Of a stretch of 64,000 nt of DNA, positions 62,605-64,000 are shown in pieces. Source of the stretch: Nitrospirota bacterium (GTDB lineage Bacteria > Nitrospirota > UBA9217). Both the position numbers and the translations under genes were made by a program. The stretch lies in contig CAWJQQ010000009.1 of NCBI GenBank assembly GCA_963845065.1, forward strand, positions 672,001 through 736,000, written 5' to 3'. The notes beneath the pieces are model-generated. The model was given only the letters and a program-made list of their open reading frames with translations. It did not search any database and was not told the origin of the DNA. Each line of letters begins with the position of its first letter. The first letter of the stretch is position 1.

Positions 62605-62892
62605 TGAACTCCTGTCCGCGCATGAATTTACTGAAAACGTCGACTTCAACGCTTCCCTCGTTATCAAGAAAAAAGGGATCAGGATGCAGTTGGCCGGCGA
62701 ACTCTCGGTAAAACAAAAAAAGCGTAGTATGCGATTAAAGAAAAAGGAACAACTAGGTCAGGAACTGTCCGAAGACACGTGCGGGGAGATAGAAATAAGC
62801 CGAACTAAGAGCCGTGCTTTCAGTTCGCATCCATCTGTGAACCGTGAACCCCACTACAATTGCTCTTACGGTTTAGTGGCGGGAGAGTTCAT
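62605..62892 (+). mobile_element. Second, shorter deletion derivative of the same tnpB family
   Basis: Starts GAACTCCTGTCCGCGCAT (cf. GAATTCCTGTCCGCACAT at 60905); about 62626-62892 parallels about 61204-61469 and ends GGAGAGTTCAT. Confidence 0.75.
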
Positions 62893-63129
62893 TCATCAAA
62901 TTATCCGGATACTAGATGTATATAGCAACTACGTAGCTTGCCTCTAATGTATTCGCGATATCTTTCACTCTTGCAAGGCATTACTGTTTGTCGAATTTAT
63001 CCGACAATCCACATTTGATGGTGTACTAAATATTTTAACCACTCTCGACGAATCCATCAAGCAGTGCCTACACCGCAAGTTTCAATCTCTGGCCTTCACA
63101 ACTTCAACTGTTACTTTAACGACGAATTA

Positions 63130-63657
63130 TTATGCTGCCTTTGCCTTCTTGGCTAAACCGCGGATCATTTTCATTGTCTCCCGCATGAAAGCAGGAAGAT
63201 CTGAAGGTTGGCGCGAAGTTACAAGATTACCATCCACAACCACCTCTTTGTCCTCGTAGATCGCGCCAGCTGCTTTCAACTCATTCGTAACGGTCCGGTA
63301 ACAAGTGGCGTGCCTGCCTTTTAAGAGTCCCGCAGTGATCAGCGTCTGCGGCCCGTGGCAGATGGCAGCGACCGGTTTACCCTTTATGAAGAAATCCTGA
63401 GCGATCTCCACAGCCCTCGGCTCTTTTCGCACCACCTCGGGCGCTTTACCGCCGGGAAGCACCAGAATGTCATAGTCATCTGGTCTGACTTCTGCTAGCG
63501 ACTTGGTCACTTCCACTTCATAACCGTGCTTGCCTTTGATCGGCTCTTTTTTCATGGAAACAACGTCCACCTTGATACCTTCTTCCAGGAGGCGGTAGTA
63601 AGGAACAAGGAGCTCCGTGTCCTCGTACATATCTGCGCTAATAACAAGTGCCTTCAT
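63130..63657 (-). CDS. PfpI/DJ-1 family protein (type 1 glutamine amidotransferase-like)
   Basis: YEDTE, LPGG, AAICHGPQ, VDGNLVTSR. Confidence 0.92.
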   Translation of the reverse strand: MKALVISADMYEDTELLVPYYRLLEEGIKVDVVSMKKEPIKGKHGYEVEVTKSLAEVRPDDYDILVLPGGKAPEVVRKEPRAVEIAQDFFIKGKPVAAICHGPQTLITAGLLKGRHATCYRTVTNELKAAGAIYEDKEVVVDGNLVTSRQPSDLPAFMRETMKMIRGLAKKAKAA

Positions 63658-63855
63658 GGTTCACCCCCTTGTCCGAATTATAGTTGCTGCGTCAGTTTTC
63701 TAATTTTGTGTCATCATGGATATTGCTAATACTATTCATGCCGAAACCAGATAACTGTCGCCCATTCCCAGCCGCAATGTGAGCACCTACAAAATGGAAT
63801 AACCTCTTGGAAATGGCTTCTGTCATTAAGCTCGAATGAAACCACATCATTTGTT

Positions 63856-64000
63856 CTAACAGCATGTTTTGCTTTCCATATCCATCAACGCTTTTTTTAA
63901 CTCAACAAGATCATCGCCGGTGATATTCTTATCGCTGCCGGTTTTCGCACGCTCGCAAAAGGCCCGTGCGGCGACATCGACGGGTGCCGCATCGGCAATG
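63856..64000 (-). CDS. 3' end of an unidentified gene entering from the right edge
   Basis: Open GC-rich frame IADAAPVDVAARAFCERAKTG...KTCC*. Confidence 0.4.
   Translation of the reverse strand, partial: IADAAPVDVAARAFCERAKTGSDKNITGDDLVELKKALMDMESKTCC

Overview
Bacterial accessory-type region, probably from an anaerobic or microaerobic Nitrospirota/Desulfobacterota-like organism (inference from gene content only). GC-richer metabolic and signalling genes are separated by AT-rich spacers full of gene and IS debris. Contents, left to right: 5' part of ftsH; a four-gene lysine-catabolism-like operon (P6C/aminoadipate-semialdehyde dehydrogenase, lysine 6-aminotransferase, FAD-linked D-2-hydroxyacid dehydrogenase, and an unannotated protein whose C-terminal half resembles DUF1338/HglS); a decayed IS481; a tnpB-only IS200/IS605 element encoding a long TnpB with a TGA at a zinc-finger Cys; nadE; eutBC; norCB with a diheme NorC; an intact IS200 (tnpA) plus two 137-bp non-autonomous copies; putA; abfD; a heme-c/two-CW sensor kinase; an IS630; a run of oxidoreductases; a 7TM-PAS diguanylate cyclase next to a 7TM-PAS hybrid kinase; and several hydrolases and reductases. 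Two signals stand out. One is the putative lat-pcd-HglS-like lysine route. The other is a dense set of IS200/IS605 ends, MITEs and tnpB 3' (omega-RNA-region) remnants, several of whose cleavage sites fit the TnpA guide/cleavage pairing rule. No CRISPR array, rRNA or tRNA was seen. All family assignments come from motif recognition by eye, not database searches.
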